A DNA stretch of 64,000 bases from Podarcis melisellensis. Its lineage: Eukaryota. Numbering within the stretch: the stretch's first letter is position 1; every line of letters begins with the position of its first letter. Location: the NCBI GenBank assembly GCA_964234715.1, contig OZ174281.1. The stretch is one strand, 5' to 3'. The translations under genes and the position numbers were made by a program. Positions 24,776-40,077 of this stretch are shown one piece after another. The notes below the pieces were generated by a model. It ran no database searches. It was given only the letters and a program-made list of their open reading frames with translations, and had not been told where the DNA came from.

Positions 24776-27700
24776 TCAAAGTTACCGTAATATTTCAAAG
24801 TAAATGAGACACTTGAGATTTTATTACCTCGTTTTGAAGCTCTTCGAATTCTTTTTGGGATAAAAATATGTGTGGGTACCTTTTTGAGGGTGTGTGTGTG
24901 AAACAATGGGTTAAAAGAAAACTGTTGTGGAGCAATTTAAACCTTTGCTAGCAGAGATATCATTGAATAATAGATAACTGAGAAGAGGATGTCGTTTACA
25001 GTCAGTGATAAAAATAATTTGCAGAAAAGGTGTATCAGAGAGGTTCTCTGAGTAACCAAATCAAGATAGCCTGTTCTTCTTTCCTTCAGAAATCAGGATG
25101 AGATCGGGATTATGTTGGCTGCATAGAAAATATTTAGATGTCAGCATAAGGCTTAGCTGTTGACTTGGGCTTGGATTTCTCCCCATTTTGCATGCAAATC
25201 TATGCAGAAGATCTGAAAAGATTTCCTTCCATCACGTAATGGAATTGCTTTGATAGAGTATAAAACATCTCAGTTCCTGTTAAAGAACCAGTTTTAAAAA
25301 CTTAGTGCAGTGGACCAATGAGATCTGGGTTCAAGTTCTTGCTACTCAACCAATCACCTCACTGGCTGCCTGTGGGCCAGTCCCTGTTATGTCTGCCTAG
25401 TTGTGAGGATAAGAAGGGACCGTCCCCATGTTGTTCACCAGCTTGGACACTTTGAAGGATGAGTGCTTTACAAAATGGAGCAAACAGAGTTTGATGAAAT
25501 ATAAAATTCTAGACCTGTACTTTTAGCAAGAGGTTGATTTAATGTGATTCCTGCTGCAGAGATGTTACCCATTAATACAAAAAAGTGTAGCCAGAATCCT
25601 GCACATTTCAGTCACTTGGAATGCATTGTTGTCTTGCATTTTCCCCTCTTTCCAGTTTGCTTAGTTTCTAGAGTTCATTCCAGTCCTCTTAAAAACCCAC
25701 ATTCGGGCTGTGATCCTGTGTGCATGCTTGCAAGGGAATAAAGACAACTGAAATCAGTAGGACTTTACTTGGGAATGTGTGCATTGTACACAATTCTTTA
25801 GGTAGCTCTGAGCAACAATCTGGACAAGTATTTGGTAGCAGTGACCCCTGTATTCCTTCATCTCCCAGGGGTCTAGGAAAACTCTTTCAAGTTAAACTAG
25901 GAAAGAGATTGAACTTTGCAGAGCTCTTTCTAAAGGAATTCTGTTTCAGAGCCTTTGTGATTGGCTCTTTGCAGTCAGTCACAGCTCTATACTGATTAAA
26001 AATATGTGTGCTTGGTACAAGAATACCCCGGGGCATCAGATCAGCAAATAGCATCTACTGCAATCTTGTTTTGTTGGACTCAGAGGGGAGGGGGAGGGGA
26101 GGGAAGGTTGTTCCTCTGCCAAGAAAAAGGAAACCTGTCAAGGTCAACATGAAACTGAAAGAGTGAAGGAAGTTCTTTACCTTCCAAGTCGAAGTTTGTA
26201 ACTATTTATAATGTTGTGAGTTAATTTGGCCACAAGTGGTGGTCTTACTATATGGCTGTACAATGCATAGCTCCATGCTAGTCCCGGCCTATGATTATAG
26301 CTTCTAGAATGCAAAAATAAATAGAGTAGCAAATAGTCACAACGATAATTCATGCCTGGAGGTACACTAATTCTTAACTGTAATAGTATACATGAACCTC
26401 AGAATTTCCCGCATGCCGCAGGGGAATTAAGAACCAGATCTCATGAATGATGGGCCCAAGCTTAGGATTGCTATAGAAGATTCGGGTTAAACAGTGATAG
26501 GCTGTGACAGAAGATCTTGAAAGGCAACTAGAAGCTTTCTTGAATTTAGGGCTGTGCTGATAGTTCTTTTCCTGAGAGATGTCTCACAGTGCTAACCCCA
26601 GGATTTGCTCATTCTCTTTCTTTGCAACCAGATCCATGGCTGGTGGCAGCACCTGGCATAGGTGGGCAGAGCGTCTATCTTGGCTCCCTACACTATTATT
26701 TTTTTTTAAATAGCCCACCACTCTGAGCAGTGTCACATGGTTGAATCTGGCCACCATTTTCATTTCCCACAATGCCCCTGACCTAGGATGATAAATTTAA
26801 AGGGTGTTTAGGCCTAGCTCTGCTTAAAGCGCTGCCTGGCACTGCTAGGAAAGCTTTCCAAGGTTCACAAATGGAGGAGTGGGTCTGCCAGAGGCCCCTG
26901 AAACCTAGATCAGGCCTGGATCAACACCCAGGCAAGTGAGCAGGTGGAATTTTGAACTTGGGGTCTTGGAGAGGGCTAATGAGTAGGTAGCAGGTTCTGG
27001 TGGTCAGCAGTAGAACCTCTGTTGAGGTGTGAACCTGGGCAGGTAGTAGATAATACCAACTCTGGGAGAAAAGGAAGGGGCTTACAAATATTGGCTTCCA
27101 AGTAATTTTGGAAGAAATATATTGGCTATTCTTCGTGGCTGCCAACAATCCTGCTGTTTCCTCAGTTCCCATTGCACGGATGGAAGATACAGGGAGCAAG
27201 GAGGAAGGATCTCTGACTTAGTGCTACTCTTTGAAAGCTGTCAGGATCTCAACCAGCCTCAGTTCAGAAATACACCCACTTATAAACAGTGTTTTGAAAG
27301 GAAATGTGAGGCCTATGCACCTGCCCAGCTATTGAGATCAAGGAACATTTTGCTGTTGGCTTCAACTGGGTATGGGATACTCTGCCTTAATTGCACCGTA
27401 ATCCCTTTGGGATTATAAAATCACCTTGACATTTCGGGTTATCCCTTTTTTATCCTTCCCGCACTGCCAAAAGCGACGATCCTGTTTCATATATAGATGC
27501 AGTCTCCTTCAAAACACTGAGTGCATGTGAAATGAGTAATTTAATTCAGATGACTGACTGACTGACTGAATACTATGTAATGCTCTTAGATGGAGCAGGG
27601 CAGACTACTTTTGTGCCAGCGAGCAGGCAAACCATAAAATCAGAAGATTTTTGCCTCTATAAAACCTTCCTAGTTTGTTTACATTTCTTAGGGAGTCTGA

Positions 27701-28642
27701 AGTATTTATTTAAACAGTTTACCCAAGGCTAACATTCTTAAGCTGAAGTCCACAAATCATTCACCCTGGAATAATTCTATAGATTTCACTAATACTACTA
27801 CAAACTTAAAACCGTTTATCAAAGTTGATGTAACTTGAAAAACTACTTCTGTTGCCTTTCTTAAAAGCAAGGCAAATAGCCAGCATCTAATATATTGCTT
27901 ATTTTATGTGCTGTCATTTGTTATTATTATTATTATTGCTTTTGTTTGCATAACAAAATGAATACCCCTTGTGGTTTAATGGATAGAGAATTGGTTTGGC
28001 TGCAAGACTTCAAAGTCTTGCTCAGGTATAGAGCTCATTAGATTCGTCTGGATCAAATTGCTGGTCATCAAAGTCATGCCACCAATCACTTTCCTCAAAT
28101 TCATGGCAAAATCTGGACACTTCTCTGAAGCGTACATTTTACAGCTTGCAAGAATACACATGTTCCAACAATTTTCCTACATCTTTTTTGATGTCCTGGA
28201 GTTGTAATCCTAGAGTTTCCACTGTTGTGTGACATAAATGCCTACTATTTTAATAAACAACTGTTGTTTTCCTAATAACAAAGCTTTGAATTGGCCGCTA
28301 CTTAAAAATAGAAACTTGATAAGATGGATAGTTGGCCTGAGCATGTTACAAAGATTCACCTGCTGGGCAATAAGCTGAGTATATTATGCTTTCCAACAAA
28401 ATCTTGAAACATCATTGATACACAGCAGTATTAATCTCCCCACTCCCATACATTGCACTTCATGTGTAATCTAGTAGATGTTTGAATACTTGTAATGTGG
28501 GGGTAGGGAACCCTTTTCAGCCAAAGGGCCACATTCTCTTCTGGACAGCTTTCCAGGGGCCTCATGCTGATGCTGGGTGATGCCAGAGGCAAAAGTGGAT
28601 GGAAGAGCAAGCGTAAATTTTACCTCTGTGCAGTAGGGTAGT

Positions 28643-28675
<33 letters not shown>
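28643..28675. repeat. (TCAA)n microsatellite
   Basis: 8 units. Confidence 0.93.
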
Positions 28676-28676
<1 letters not shown>

Positions 28677-28882
28677 CGATTTTACATCCTGCCCTTCTTC
28701 CCAAAGGAGCCCATTGAGTACACCCACCCACACCTCTGTATTCTCCATCCAGACAAGGAGGCATGATCAGAGTTCTAGGACACAGTCCAACCAAATTTGG
28801 AGAGTATTCTAGGGCCAGGTAGAGAGGCCTGGAAGGATGTAGTTCACCTTCAGGCCTGAGAGTCTCCACCCATCCTGTAAGG

Positions 28883-29077
28883 CAGGGGTGGCCAACTCCC
28901 AAGAGACTGCGATCTACTCACAGTTAAAAACTGGCAGTGATCTACCCCATTTTTGGGGGTGCAATTCGAAGTTGTTGGTGGCCAAAGTTGTTTGGCTTCT
29001 TTGGGGGGAGCCAGTGATCTACCACAGACGTCCAGTGATCTACTGATAGATCACAATCTACATGTTGGACGTGCCTG
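28883..29077. mobile_element. hAT MITE with repeated GATCTAC subterminal motifs
   Basis: caggggtggccaac...gttggacgtgcctg; TSD ctgtaagg/ctgtgagg. Confidence 0.8.
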
Positions 29078-29860
29078 CTGTGAGGCATAATAATAGTTGA
29101 GTACTGCAGCTGAGGTTCCCCAGGGGGCAAGTTTCCTAGTCGCACCATTGGCGAATTAACTTCCAGGTTTGCACTGTTGAGAACCACCTGCCACGTTTGA
29201 GCTTCATTCCCAAGAGCATTCCGTCCCATTAAAATAACGAGAGCTAGCTGTCTTCCTTCTGTCACTGCAACAAAGGGTCTTTGCTGTAGCACCTCAGAGG
29301 CCATCACATTGGTTAAGGCCCAAGTTGTCCGAAGCATTGGAAATATATCTGTCCATTTCTCCAAGTCTTTCCCCCATGCCCCTTTGTGTGCCAAAGTCTG
29401 ATGTGCATAGACCTTGGCAAATAAGTCCTCCCTGCCCTATAATTTTTTCTGATGGGAGTGACTTGTGGGTGGAGGCCCAAGGCAGAAAATTGTAACTTGG
29501 GAAGCGGCTCTGAGCTCTGCATTCCGAGAAACAGAGGCAGCCACCAGGACGGGCAGTTGCCAGAAAGTGTCTGGCCAGAGGAGGAAACAAATGAAAGGCA
29601 GCATTGCCTGAGCTTCAATGGCCTGCACACAAATTCCTTTAAATGGCAAACTGGCTGAGGAGAAATGCCTCAGAGGGCCAGTTTATGGGTGTGGCCCCCC
29701 ACATCCCTGACCACAGCTGCTTCTCAGCTTAAACAAAATGGCCTGAACGACAAATTTCCCACGGGTGTCTATATGCCATTTTAGAAGGATGCTACAATAG
29801 AACAACTCTTCTGTTGCCTTAGAGATGTTGGCACATCTCTACTGGCAGTGGTGCGTAACC

Positions 29861-29975
29861 CATGGGTGTAGCCAGGATTTTTGTGTGTTGGGGGGGAAGA
29901 ACCTCAGTTAGCCATGTATTTTTATTGACTTGGAGGGACAGCTGACCTTCACTCCCCACCTTGGCCACGCCCATG
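29861..29975. mobile_element. hAT-like MITE
   Basis: catgggtgtagcca...tggccacgcccatg; TSD gcgtaacc/gcatagcc. Confidence 0.75.
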
Positions 29976-30059
29976 GCATAGCCTATGGCAAAGTAATCAG
30001 AGAGCACATATAATCTTGCATCCAGAGAGGCTGGAGGGATGTGGTCCATCTTGTGAGGA

Positions 30060-30330
30060 AGGGTTGGAGAAGCTGGGTAGATTGCAATCTGGAGAAGAGA
30101 AGGTTAAGGAGAGACATGACGACCATCTAATATCTGAAGGGTTATCATGCAGAAGATGAAGCAGGCAGGACTGAATCCAGCGGGTGTGCGATGGCAAGGA
30201 AGCGGATTTCAGCTAAATATTAGGAGAAACCGACAGTAAGAGTTGCTCAGAAGTGGGACAAATGGCCTTGTGAGGTGGTGAGCTCTCCTTCACTAGAGGA
30301 TGGCTGTCTCTCAGGGATGTCTCATGCCAG
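30060..30330 (+). mobile_element. CR1 LINE 3' fragment
   Basis: ctggagaagagaaggttaaggagagacatg (LEKRRLRRDM) and gtggtgagctctccttcact. Confidence 0.75.
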
Positions 30331-33300
30331 GGAGGCAAATGTGGCCCCTGAGACATCTCTTTCTGGCCCTTGGAATGTTCTCTAGAGCATCCCCCTCTCC
30401 CTAGGCTACTCCCCTCACTGGCACTGCTTCAAACCCCAAGGTTTTTTTGTCTACCTGGAACACATCCTTGAACTCTGATAAGGTCTCTTAAAGACTAGCC
30501 TACTGTTCAAAGGTAAAATTTACATGTGTTGCTCCACCTGCCTTTGCCTCTGGCTCCGCCCACCACTAGCACATGGTTCAACTGGTTGCCTGGAACAGAA
30601 TGAGGACGTTGGACTGGAAATGATTTCTTCTCCCTGGTTGTGGTTTCAGATTCTTGAATGGAGAAGGCCTGTAAGGTTCTTTCCAACTCTAAAATTCCAT
30701 AATCGTATTGAAACAGATTTCAGTCAACCAAGCTGTAGGCATAAAATTGGAAAGAAATGACTAATAGCAGCGAGTAATTGCAGGTATTTTTTTTTTTAAT
30801 GAAATAATATATCACTGCACATCTTTCAGTTAAGAAATAGGTGAATGAGTCTCTTTTTTAAAATGCCCCATTAGAGAAGGGGGAGGGATTAGCCTTTGTT
30901 TAAAAGGTGATTTGTAGATAACAAATTGGGATTTTGAAAAGACTTCAAATCATCAGTGTTTTAAATAGCCCTGTTGTATTTAACACCTGCCTGTTACAAG
31001 CCCTCTCCCCACCCCTGTTCATTGCCAGGGTACTGTGAACAGACCTTAAGGTCAAAGCAGAAGAGGACTTTTTAGAATGAAGCCTTTTCAACCAAGGACC
31101 TGACCGCTGTGATTTTTAGGAAGTGCAGGGTATTCGTTTCAAGGAGGAGTTCTGAAACTGTGCCCTACCAAGCCTCTCTAAGGTCTGGTCCATGTGTTAT
31201 GCTGAGCCAGGGTGTGGTCCACAGTGATCTTGCAAACATGGTTCTCCCAAGGAGGACGTGGCACTCACTGTTCCCTGCTGGAGCTTTTTAGGTTCATGTA
31301 GGGCCAACAGCTAATCCACGGTTTGGCTTAGCATGCCATCCAAACTCAGGATAGTGCTGAAGGTGCTTCCTGCTTGACCATGATGGGCAGCCAAAGGACA
31401 AACTGTGGACCTGCAGCATCTTCCAAGAGAGAAAGGGACAACTTTTTTTTTGCAGTCGCTGGCATCGCTAGGAAATCCTGCTCTGTGAAGCCCTGGAGAG
31501 TCAGTGCTGGTCAGTGTAGACCAAGAGTGAGGAGCAGAATGCCTGGGGGCCAAACGCTACCATCCAGGCCTCTCTGCTGGTCTTCAAAACTCTACCAGCC
31601 CTAATTTGTATTCTTCTCCAGTATCCCTGGATTCTGATAACACCTCCTGCTGGCTTGAATGGAGGACAGAGAGGGGTGTGTGAATGCGTGTAGAAACCAG
31701 CCTACTGTTTAAGAAGCCTTTTCCTAGCTCTCCCATCTCTGCTTAGCTGGAGGTGTCAAGGAGTGAACCTGGGGATCTATACTTTCTGCGTGTGCGGTAC
31801 AAGCTCAGTTGCAATACTCCAACCTTTCAACCTAAAGACCCTCAATTTTCAGCAGTCCTTCTAACAACAACAATGATGATGTCACTTGAGCTATCTCTTC
31901 TTGATTCACCAGTTTTTACATGGACAGGAACATATGGAAGATGAAATCTGCATGGATCCACAGATGATCCTGCATACCGTTTTATAGCCCTGTACAAGTG
32001 AACTTGGCTTGCCTACCTAGAGTTCACTGGGGTTTGCTAGCTATCTGATCATCCGAAGCAAACCTAGGGAAATGGCGGGTAGTTCACAATATGCAAGGCA
32101 GGGGTTGGGCATGAGTTGCTGCTGCAGAAAGCTTGAGGTATTGATCATCTATTTTTAGGTACTCGGTAGGAAAGGGAGAAAGCTGAGCAAATTGGTCTGT
32201 GAGGTCTTCGATTTGGGCTACAGCAGAGTCGTAAATACAATGTCTGCATGCCAAGGCAAACACAACAGTATCTCTGGGAAGGATTACTGTATTTCTAACC
32301 ATAAGTGCTTGCTGTCTGTAACCAAGGCAATGAAAGACCTGGAGCATTAAGCTATGTAAAAAAAGGGGTGGTGGCATGTACTTTGCTGACCCAAACCCCG
32401 CGGTTGTGTTTATTCCTGACATTCCCCTCTGAATGTCACAGCACAAAGTGTGGTAAATGAGATCAGTAAAATCTTAATACTAATAAAAGAGATTCCTCTG
32501 ATTTCACAAGGCATGGGTAACTAGCAGCCTTTAGGCAGCTATAGTCACCCGATAACTTTAAAGGCTCTACACATTATTTTGCATCAGCATTGACTCAAAG
32601 AGAGGAAAGATAATTAATGACACTCTTGGTCACTGTTTGTAGTCTGTTGTAAATACAGCACGCTATCCGTCTCCTGTTACAGTCTTGCATCCTTATGAAG
32701 TGGATGGAAGATGAATGCACTGCATGTTATGGGAAGTCTATTTTAGCATGAGTGAAGAGAACAAATGCAAACGAAAGAGATTCTGTGGGACATTTTAAAT
32801 TAGAATTTCAGGACATCCTCATTTATCTGGATGCCCTGGAGAACAATGAAGGGAGCTTTGTCTAAAAAAAAGGAGCTATTATTTTCTTGAAGGTTACATG
32901 AGGAACTGACTGCACTTTCAACTACACTATTAATGAATTGTTTTTGTTTGGGACATTCATTTCTTATTTTACATTAAGGCTGCAGTCGTGTACATACTTA
33001 CTTAGGGGTAAGTCTCACTGAACTCAGTAGGACTTCCTTCTGCATAGGCATGTCTAGAAGTGTACTGCCTGAACCAGAAATTACCACTCCATAGCAACTG
33101 TAGTTCTGTGGATTTTGGCTGCACGCTTTGAAAATATTTGTTGCTTCCTTCCTTTTGGATTGTCAGCTGGCATTATAGTGGAAACTGCCTTTTCTAGTGA
33201 GAGTTTTGCTATTTAAACATGTCTGTTTGATTCATTTCAGTCCCAAGGATCACAGAGAGCAGCTGTACTTTAGCCTCTCAATAAAGCAATCACAAGAGGG

Positions 33301-36300
33301 AAATTGGGTAAGAAAGTGATAGGGATTTGCCTTGTCTTCCAAGAACCTCATTTCAGAGCAAAGATCTGAACTTCGTTCTCTCACACCCAAGCTGGACACT
33401 CTAAAGGTATGTGCGTTAATGAGTGTTTCAGACAGAAGGCAACAGTTGGCATCATCTATATAGCCCTTGAGATGTTTCTTGGCTAGAATTCTCACCATCC
33501 CTGACCATTGACCATCTGGCTGGGGCTGATGGGGGTTGGAGTCTGGAGGTCCACACAGGTTCTCCTCCCCTTATCTAGCATGACTTTCTGCATGATTCAG
33601 GCTTTGCAAACCCACACCACCTTGTGTAATCTTGTAATAAGTGTTGGCTGTTACATTTTCAGAATTGTGCTAAGAAAGGAAATATAAACTGACCTAGAAC
33701 TGGGTAGAATTTGCTACCCAGAAGGAAAGTGTTGGTGGCAACAGAGCCAGTGGTGTTTTGCAGAGAATTGTGTTGGTTGCCATCTTAAGGCAGTGATGCT
33801 AACTAAGCTGCCCAGGGACCATGTTTATCTGTCCATGAAACTGGAGACACTGTATGCACTGTATGTGTGGGAACTTTTAAGAACTAAGCAGAACCAGAGT
33901 CTCATAATTCTTTGTTCTGAGTCATTGTTGAATCCAGCTAAGTGGGAGTGGGAATCTGCTGCTGAATCACAGATTAGCTAGAATTCAGAACTATGTATTG
34001 CTCCTTCTGTTAGTCCACTAGATGTCCCATGTACAGCTAAACACGCTCAGTGAGAGAATTGGAGTGAGCTTCTGCATACCTAGGAGACCCCTGAGATATG
34101 CAAGAAAATCTTGGCTTCTTGGGGAGGAAAATACCCCAAGTTCTTGAAAAACTGGTAAGGACCAAGAGCTGTACTTGTGTGCAGACTTGCTGCTGTCGCT
34201 GAATGTTGGCAGGAGAAAGCCCTACACAGTCACTTGGGTTTCCTCATAAAGGGAGGGATGGTTAGGTATTTGCACCTCTGAGCCCAATTCTTTTACAGGA
34301 TTCAAACAAGATATTTCATGGCTCGAAGAGGGAGGCTTCAGTGGCTGTCAGTGGAGCTGACTCCACGCAGCCAGGTTCCCTGACCCAAGTAAGGAGACCA
34401 CTGTTCAAAAATATGTGTTTGCATCACTTGCTGGTTCAGTTGTGCAGATGCTCATTCATATACGCATCCATGTTCAGGGGACACATATGTGTTTTGCATT
34501 GCTTTCAGCAAGATGCATGTGGATCTCCTTAGTTGGATCAGAGCAAGACAGCAGGAATGGGAGGATATAGATATTAAAGTTTTGGTAAGCCCCACAGCAT
34601 AAAGAAGATCAGACTTACAAAGTGAAGTATTTACCAGTAAATGCATCAATGAATTGTTCTGGTAATAAGGAGAGGCTTATGTTACAGCACAGGTAATCTA
34701 CCAATCAGCTGTGAGAACATTATGTGTACCATACAGAACAATTTCTGCCAGTTTCAAAAATCTAGATTTATGCATCCTCTAAGCCAAAATGTGATGTCAT
34801 TTACCTTGGGCCAGTTTGTCTCTGACAGCTCATACTGTTCTTTTAAAACGACTATTTTCTTTCTGCTTCTTTATTCTGAATAATAGTGGAAATTCTTGAC
34901 CATTTTTAAGTGTTTATTCTTTGCCCTAAAGAAAATAATTAAAAATGAGAAGAAACATTTCAGTTGAGAAACATAGTTTCTATACGGTTGGTGAAAATGA
35001 CCCAACTTTTTAGTCTCAAAGGGGACAAGGCCAACTCCTGCTGTTTGAAGTTTGTGTTTTTACACCCATTCATTCATCCATCCATTCATTCATACAACCA
35101 GGCTGGATTAGTATGCTCCAAAAGAAGGGGAGAACTAAGAATGGATTCAGTCTGCATGAATGTAGTTGGCATATTAAGAGGCCCTTCTTAAGATGTGCCC
35201 CATTGACTAGGAAGTTGAAATTTCAGCGGGAAACCCTGTGACATGTACAGAGACAATAGCCTTTGAGGAATGCTTAAAAATCGTGGGAATAAAGTCTTGT
35301 TTCCCACTGAATGCCATCTAGCTCACTTCATTATTATTTTTTTAAGAACCATGGAGAATTGATGTTTAATCTACAGGTTCAAACAAACTGTGTATGTAGA
35401 AAAAGTTTTTGGCATTGTAATTTGTAATAGTAGAGTCTGGGTTTGTGCCTTCATTCTTTTCACCAGCTAATTCTTTATAGAGTTAAAATGACTCTGGAAA
35501 TCAGTTGATATGGAGTTTTGACATATTGCTCCTCTTAACAAGACTATACTGAAGGGATCCTACTTTCAACCCAGCTCTAGTAGGTGGAGGTTTTCCATTC
35601 TAGTTTAAAAGTTGTGTGGAAGCTCCTTACATTTAAAGTAGTCCGATCTTAAGTAATTACGTTTCACAGGCATAATGGGGATGAGAATGGGCTTCCCTTT
35701 GGTTTGTTCGGCTTTCTGATCAGAGATTTTTTTATAGCTTTGAGTACTACGATGCCGGATAACATATTTACATGTCAAAAGTTCAGGTCCAAATTATGCC
35801 TCCCATCTCTATTGCACTGTCCAAAGTCCATTTGGGGGGCCTAATCCAGTCCACCGGTTGGTTTAATCTGGCCCCTGTGGCAGTTTATTTTCTGGGGTAA
35901 AATCCTAAACCCCCCCCCCCAACAACTTCAACCCTTACAAAAGGTCAATAACTCTGGTCGGCCCTCATGGCCCTTCACTTCATCAAATCTGGCCCTCTTT
36001 GGAAAAAGTTTGGATACCACTGTTTTAAAGCAATGTGTTGGATCCATCATTAGTCATACTTGGAGTAGATCCATTGAAATTAATGGATATGACTCCTGGT
36101 AGATAGAAGTCATGCATCTGAGCTCAGGTAACCACTAACAGTAGCTCTCCTGAAGATTTCATTGATCAGGCAGGGATATAAGAGATCAAGCAGCCCCTGA
36201 GATATCACGGACCCAAGTTGGAATTAATACAAAAACCTTGACCCTGCCAACCTGAGTCAAGCTATTGAGTACTGTTATGGAGTAGCTGTTGGTTCTCCTA

Positions 36301-39300
36301 CCCCCAATATGTTATGGGAATTTTATTCTAGATTGCTTATATGGGAAATAGACAGAGAGTGGGCAGTTTCAACCACAGCAGATTTCAGTGGGTTTCAGTC
36401 TTTTGTTTCTCTCATGCCCACATTCCCCTCCCCCCCACTCAGCTTTTTGCCTCCTAGCACCCAACAGCCAGTCTCCTTTCACAAGGAATTTCCTGGTTTG
36501 CCCAAGGGAATGAAGTTAGCTTTTCCACCACACACTTCTGGGTTTTTGGCATGGTAGTATTTAAATCCTAGTGAGATAATTCTTGCTTTGCTTGGTTCTC
36601 TGCCTTCTGCTACCATCCCTTTGGTTTCGTAGTTTTCCTTCATGCACAGAAATGATGGTGTGGTCTTTAAAAGGAAGCCCCCTTCCAGTTTAAGAATTAT
36701 TTTAAAATAGATAGCTCTATAGGAAAAGGGTGAGGGAGGGGGGTTAAATATATATATGACCAAAATCCTCTGACTTTGTAGAGTTTCCAAACACTTGGCT
36801 AGTCTGAGCTGGGAGGCAGAGGGTGGGGTCTGTCTCTTTCAAAGGATATGTAAGGGCACGTCACTGCTAATGTTCCACTGGAAAAGAAATGAGCGCCCCA
36901 TGGAGTTCTGGAAATGTGATATGGTAGCTTGGTTGTCTCAATCCTGCTTGCGATAACTGCTTCATCTGGAGTTGTACTAATGTGTGTTGCTCCCTGGTCG
37001 CTGTCCGTCATGTGCCTTTATGAGCTGACACCTCCTTCACAGCAAGGCTGCATAGAATCAGTCGGCTGGTGATCTCATAAATTCCTCAAGTCTGCAGCAG
37101 GATCATCGGCCCTTTGGCACACTAACCTACCTAAGCCAGAGGATAGTGTGCCAAAAGCAAAGCAACGAAGCAGACATCTCCTATCAGCACTTGGTAGCCC
37201 CAGGTAAAAGCATACTGTTTTAGATATTACAACACTTGTGCCACAACCTTTGGGCATATTCTGATAGAGACCGGGGATTTCTGAGTATGTGTACATTCAG
37301 ATGTGCGTGAGGATCAGGGTAGAATGTGCTGGTGTGTGTTTGTGAGAGAGTGAGAGAGCAGTGTGAGAACGCAAGCAACAAAAATGAAATCCAACTCCAC
37401 CCTGAAATCTGTTTTGGGTTTTGTAGAGCTTGTTCACAGGCCTTTTAAATGAATAACAATCCTGTAGGCAAACAAACAAGCCAAGAGCCCAACCTTCACC
37501 CAGACTAGCACCACTTAGCATGTGTTGTTAATTAATGGACATTGTTCAGAACGAAGATCCTTGGTGAGCGTTCATATGGTCTGCTGGAAGGGACAGCCAT
37601 AAAATTCCAAGGGAGGAATTCAACAATGGACTCTTCCGCTCTTCCCATCAGGGCAAACATTTCTGCTTGCCAGGTGGAATGAAGCCCCTCTCCTCTTGCC
37701 ATGTGCTGTTCTGGGGGTTCTCCTCACCCTCCAGAGGCAATCTAAGCGAGTTGGCAAAAGGGGGCAAACAGGGGGAGGAGAGGAGGGGAAGCTCCATTGC
37801 ACTAGTAGAACTCCTTGTGTTGACATCCACCAACATGCTGGCTTAGTTAAATCTGGCCCTGAGTGTTTGCACACGATTCTTGCAGGGTGGTGGCACATCT
37901 TTGTGTGGGCTCCATGTGACAAGCTGCTTCTATGCATTGCTTCACTTGTGCTGCTGTGGCACGGTCAACTTTCCCAGTGTGGCCTCTCTTTGGGGGAGCA
38001 GAGAAGGAGGGATATTCCACAGGTGCATCCATGAAATTGCATTTCCAAGTGTGGTAAGCTCCACATTTGAAAGAGGCCAAGGCAGTCTTGCATGGTTTCT
38101 TCATGTGATGGAATAAATGTGCTGTTACGGGGATTGCCACATTTTGAAGCAAGTGAAGTAATGACATCTAATGTAAATGAATCTCTTAATATCAGGGTCA
38201 TGCGTTCGAGCCCTGCATTGGGCAAAAGATTCCTGCATTGCAGGGGGTTGGGCTAGATGACCGCCATGGTACCTTCCAAGTCTAAAATTCTGTGATTCTG
38301 TAAGAATATTAAGTCTGGAGTCTTACAGGATCTTCAGCAGCAGGGTCTTGTCACAGTTCCTTGTGCAGTAAAGATACAGAATATCTGAAACCAGAATGCC
38401 TGTTTGTTTCCTAACTGATTCCCATCTTTTTGCTGCAAAGAGAGTATAAATTACAGTAAGAGAAAAGGCTTGGCGTGCTTTCGCAGGATCATTCATGAAG
38501 CCTCAGTCATCCCTGGACTGCATCACAGTCTTGAAGAGTGAGTGAAACATCTGGAACCTAATAAACCTATTGGCTATATGCCTGCCACACCTTTAAAATT
38601 AGACTGGCATTGCCTGGTTCATCTTGGAAGTGAATCTGAGTTATCGTGCCAAAAGAGAAAATGCAACTGGCATGATTTTCCCGCCTAAAGCAAAATACCT
38701 TAATAATCTTTTTTTAAAAAAAAAGGGGGGGGAAGCATTACGGTTGAGGGGGCATTTTTAAAAACTATTGTTTGAGGCTTCACCACTGCATATTCAGATC
38801 CTCCCGCTTTGTAATGTAGAGTGAAATAAAGGCAGGCAGCTAGCTGGAAGAGTGAATTGAGAGACTTGCTTTTCTCCTGCCCAGGCCAACATTTTTCCAC
38901 ACTCTGCTGCTTCCAGACAACTTGGCAGGGCTAGTGGGCTCAGTGGCTGGCAGCCTCTGCCCTGGAGATGCACAGGAATGAAGTGGCCGGGCATTCAGAA
39001 CTCAGCACCTTCTCATGGCTCCTGCCAAGGCTGAGAAGCCATCACTCTTTATTTGCATTAAAAACACATCATCCAGTTTTTGGGTGGGGGGTGGAATATC
39101 TGACTGCCAAATAAAGCACACGGGTGGAATTATTGTTGGCCAAAGTGTTCTGCAAAGAGATCCCTCTGATCTCCCCACACGAAACTCTTTGAGAACGGTT
39201 TGTACTTGATATGAAAGTTTGGCCTTCTGTGATAATGGTTGTGTTTTGCCTGAGGGTTACAAGAGTAATGACGAACACACTGGCTTCTTAGGTTTGTACT

Positions 39301-40077
39301 TTGCAAGTGTCTCACAGCTCTAAGTAAAGACACATCAGCAAAGCCGTTTATTGATCTTGGTGCAGCTCCTGCAGTCAATTTTAGCTCAGCATTTGCATGA
39401 TCAAAATGCCATCCTGCAACAACATTGAGATTTAGGGCACTGCTCAAACAAGGTGTTTGTTTTGCGCTGTCCATAAATACTTTGTCTTCATCAAAATGCC
39501 ATCCCAATCCGCAAATTCAATCTGGATTTACCATTTCCATGGAAAATCCACTTAAATAAAATTAAAAATGTGGAACTGGGAAATCTGGCTTAAAGGGAGG
39601 GGGCGGGAAATCGAGGGACATTTTGATGTGTGCGATATTGTGCGAGCAATGTGAAAAACTTTCATGTTTGAGTAGCACTAAATTCACAGTAAACTGATGG
39701 GGAAGTGAGCTTAATCTCAATACTGTTGTGGCAAACCACTTTCTAGAATTTGTTTCATTTTCTTTAAATATATATATAAAAAATGATCAGGTTGGAAGCC
39801 CATCCCATAACCCTTTTATATAATAACCACCCTGTTTAATATATCTGTGACTAAGGCAGCTCAAGGAACAATCTTCAGCTCCCACAAATGGCAGCTGAAG
39901 GGGGCCACAGGATCCTGTGGACTTCCTCTCTGTTGACAGAAGGGGAGGTAGGTTAGGTTAAGAGCCAGTGACTGGCCTAAGGTCACCCAGTGAGCTTCAT
40001 GGTTCAGGAGGGATTTGAACCCTGATCTCCCAGTCCAGTGCTTTTAAGCTGCTACCATGATGCTTGCATGAGTTTTT

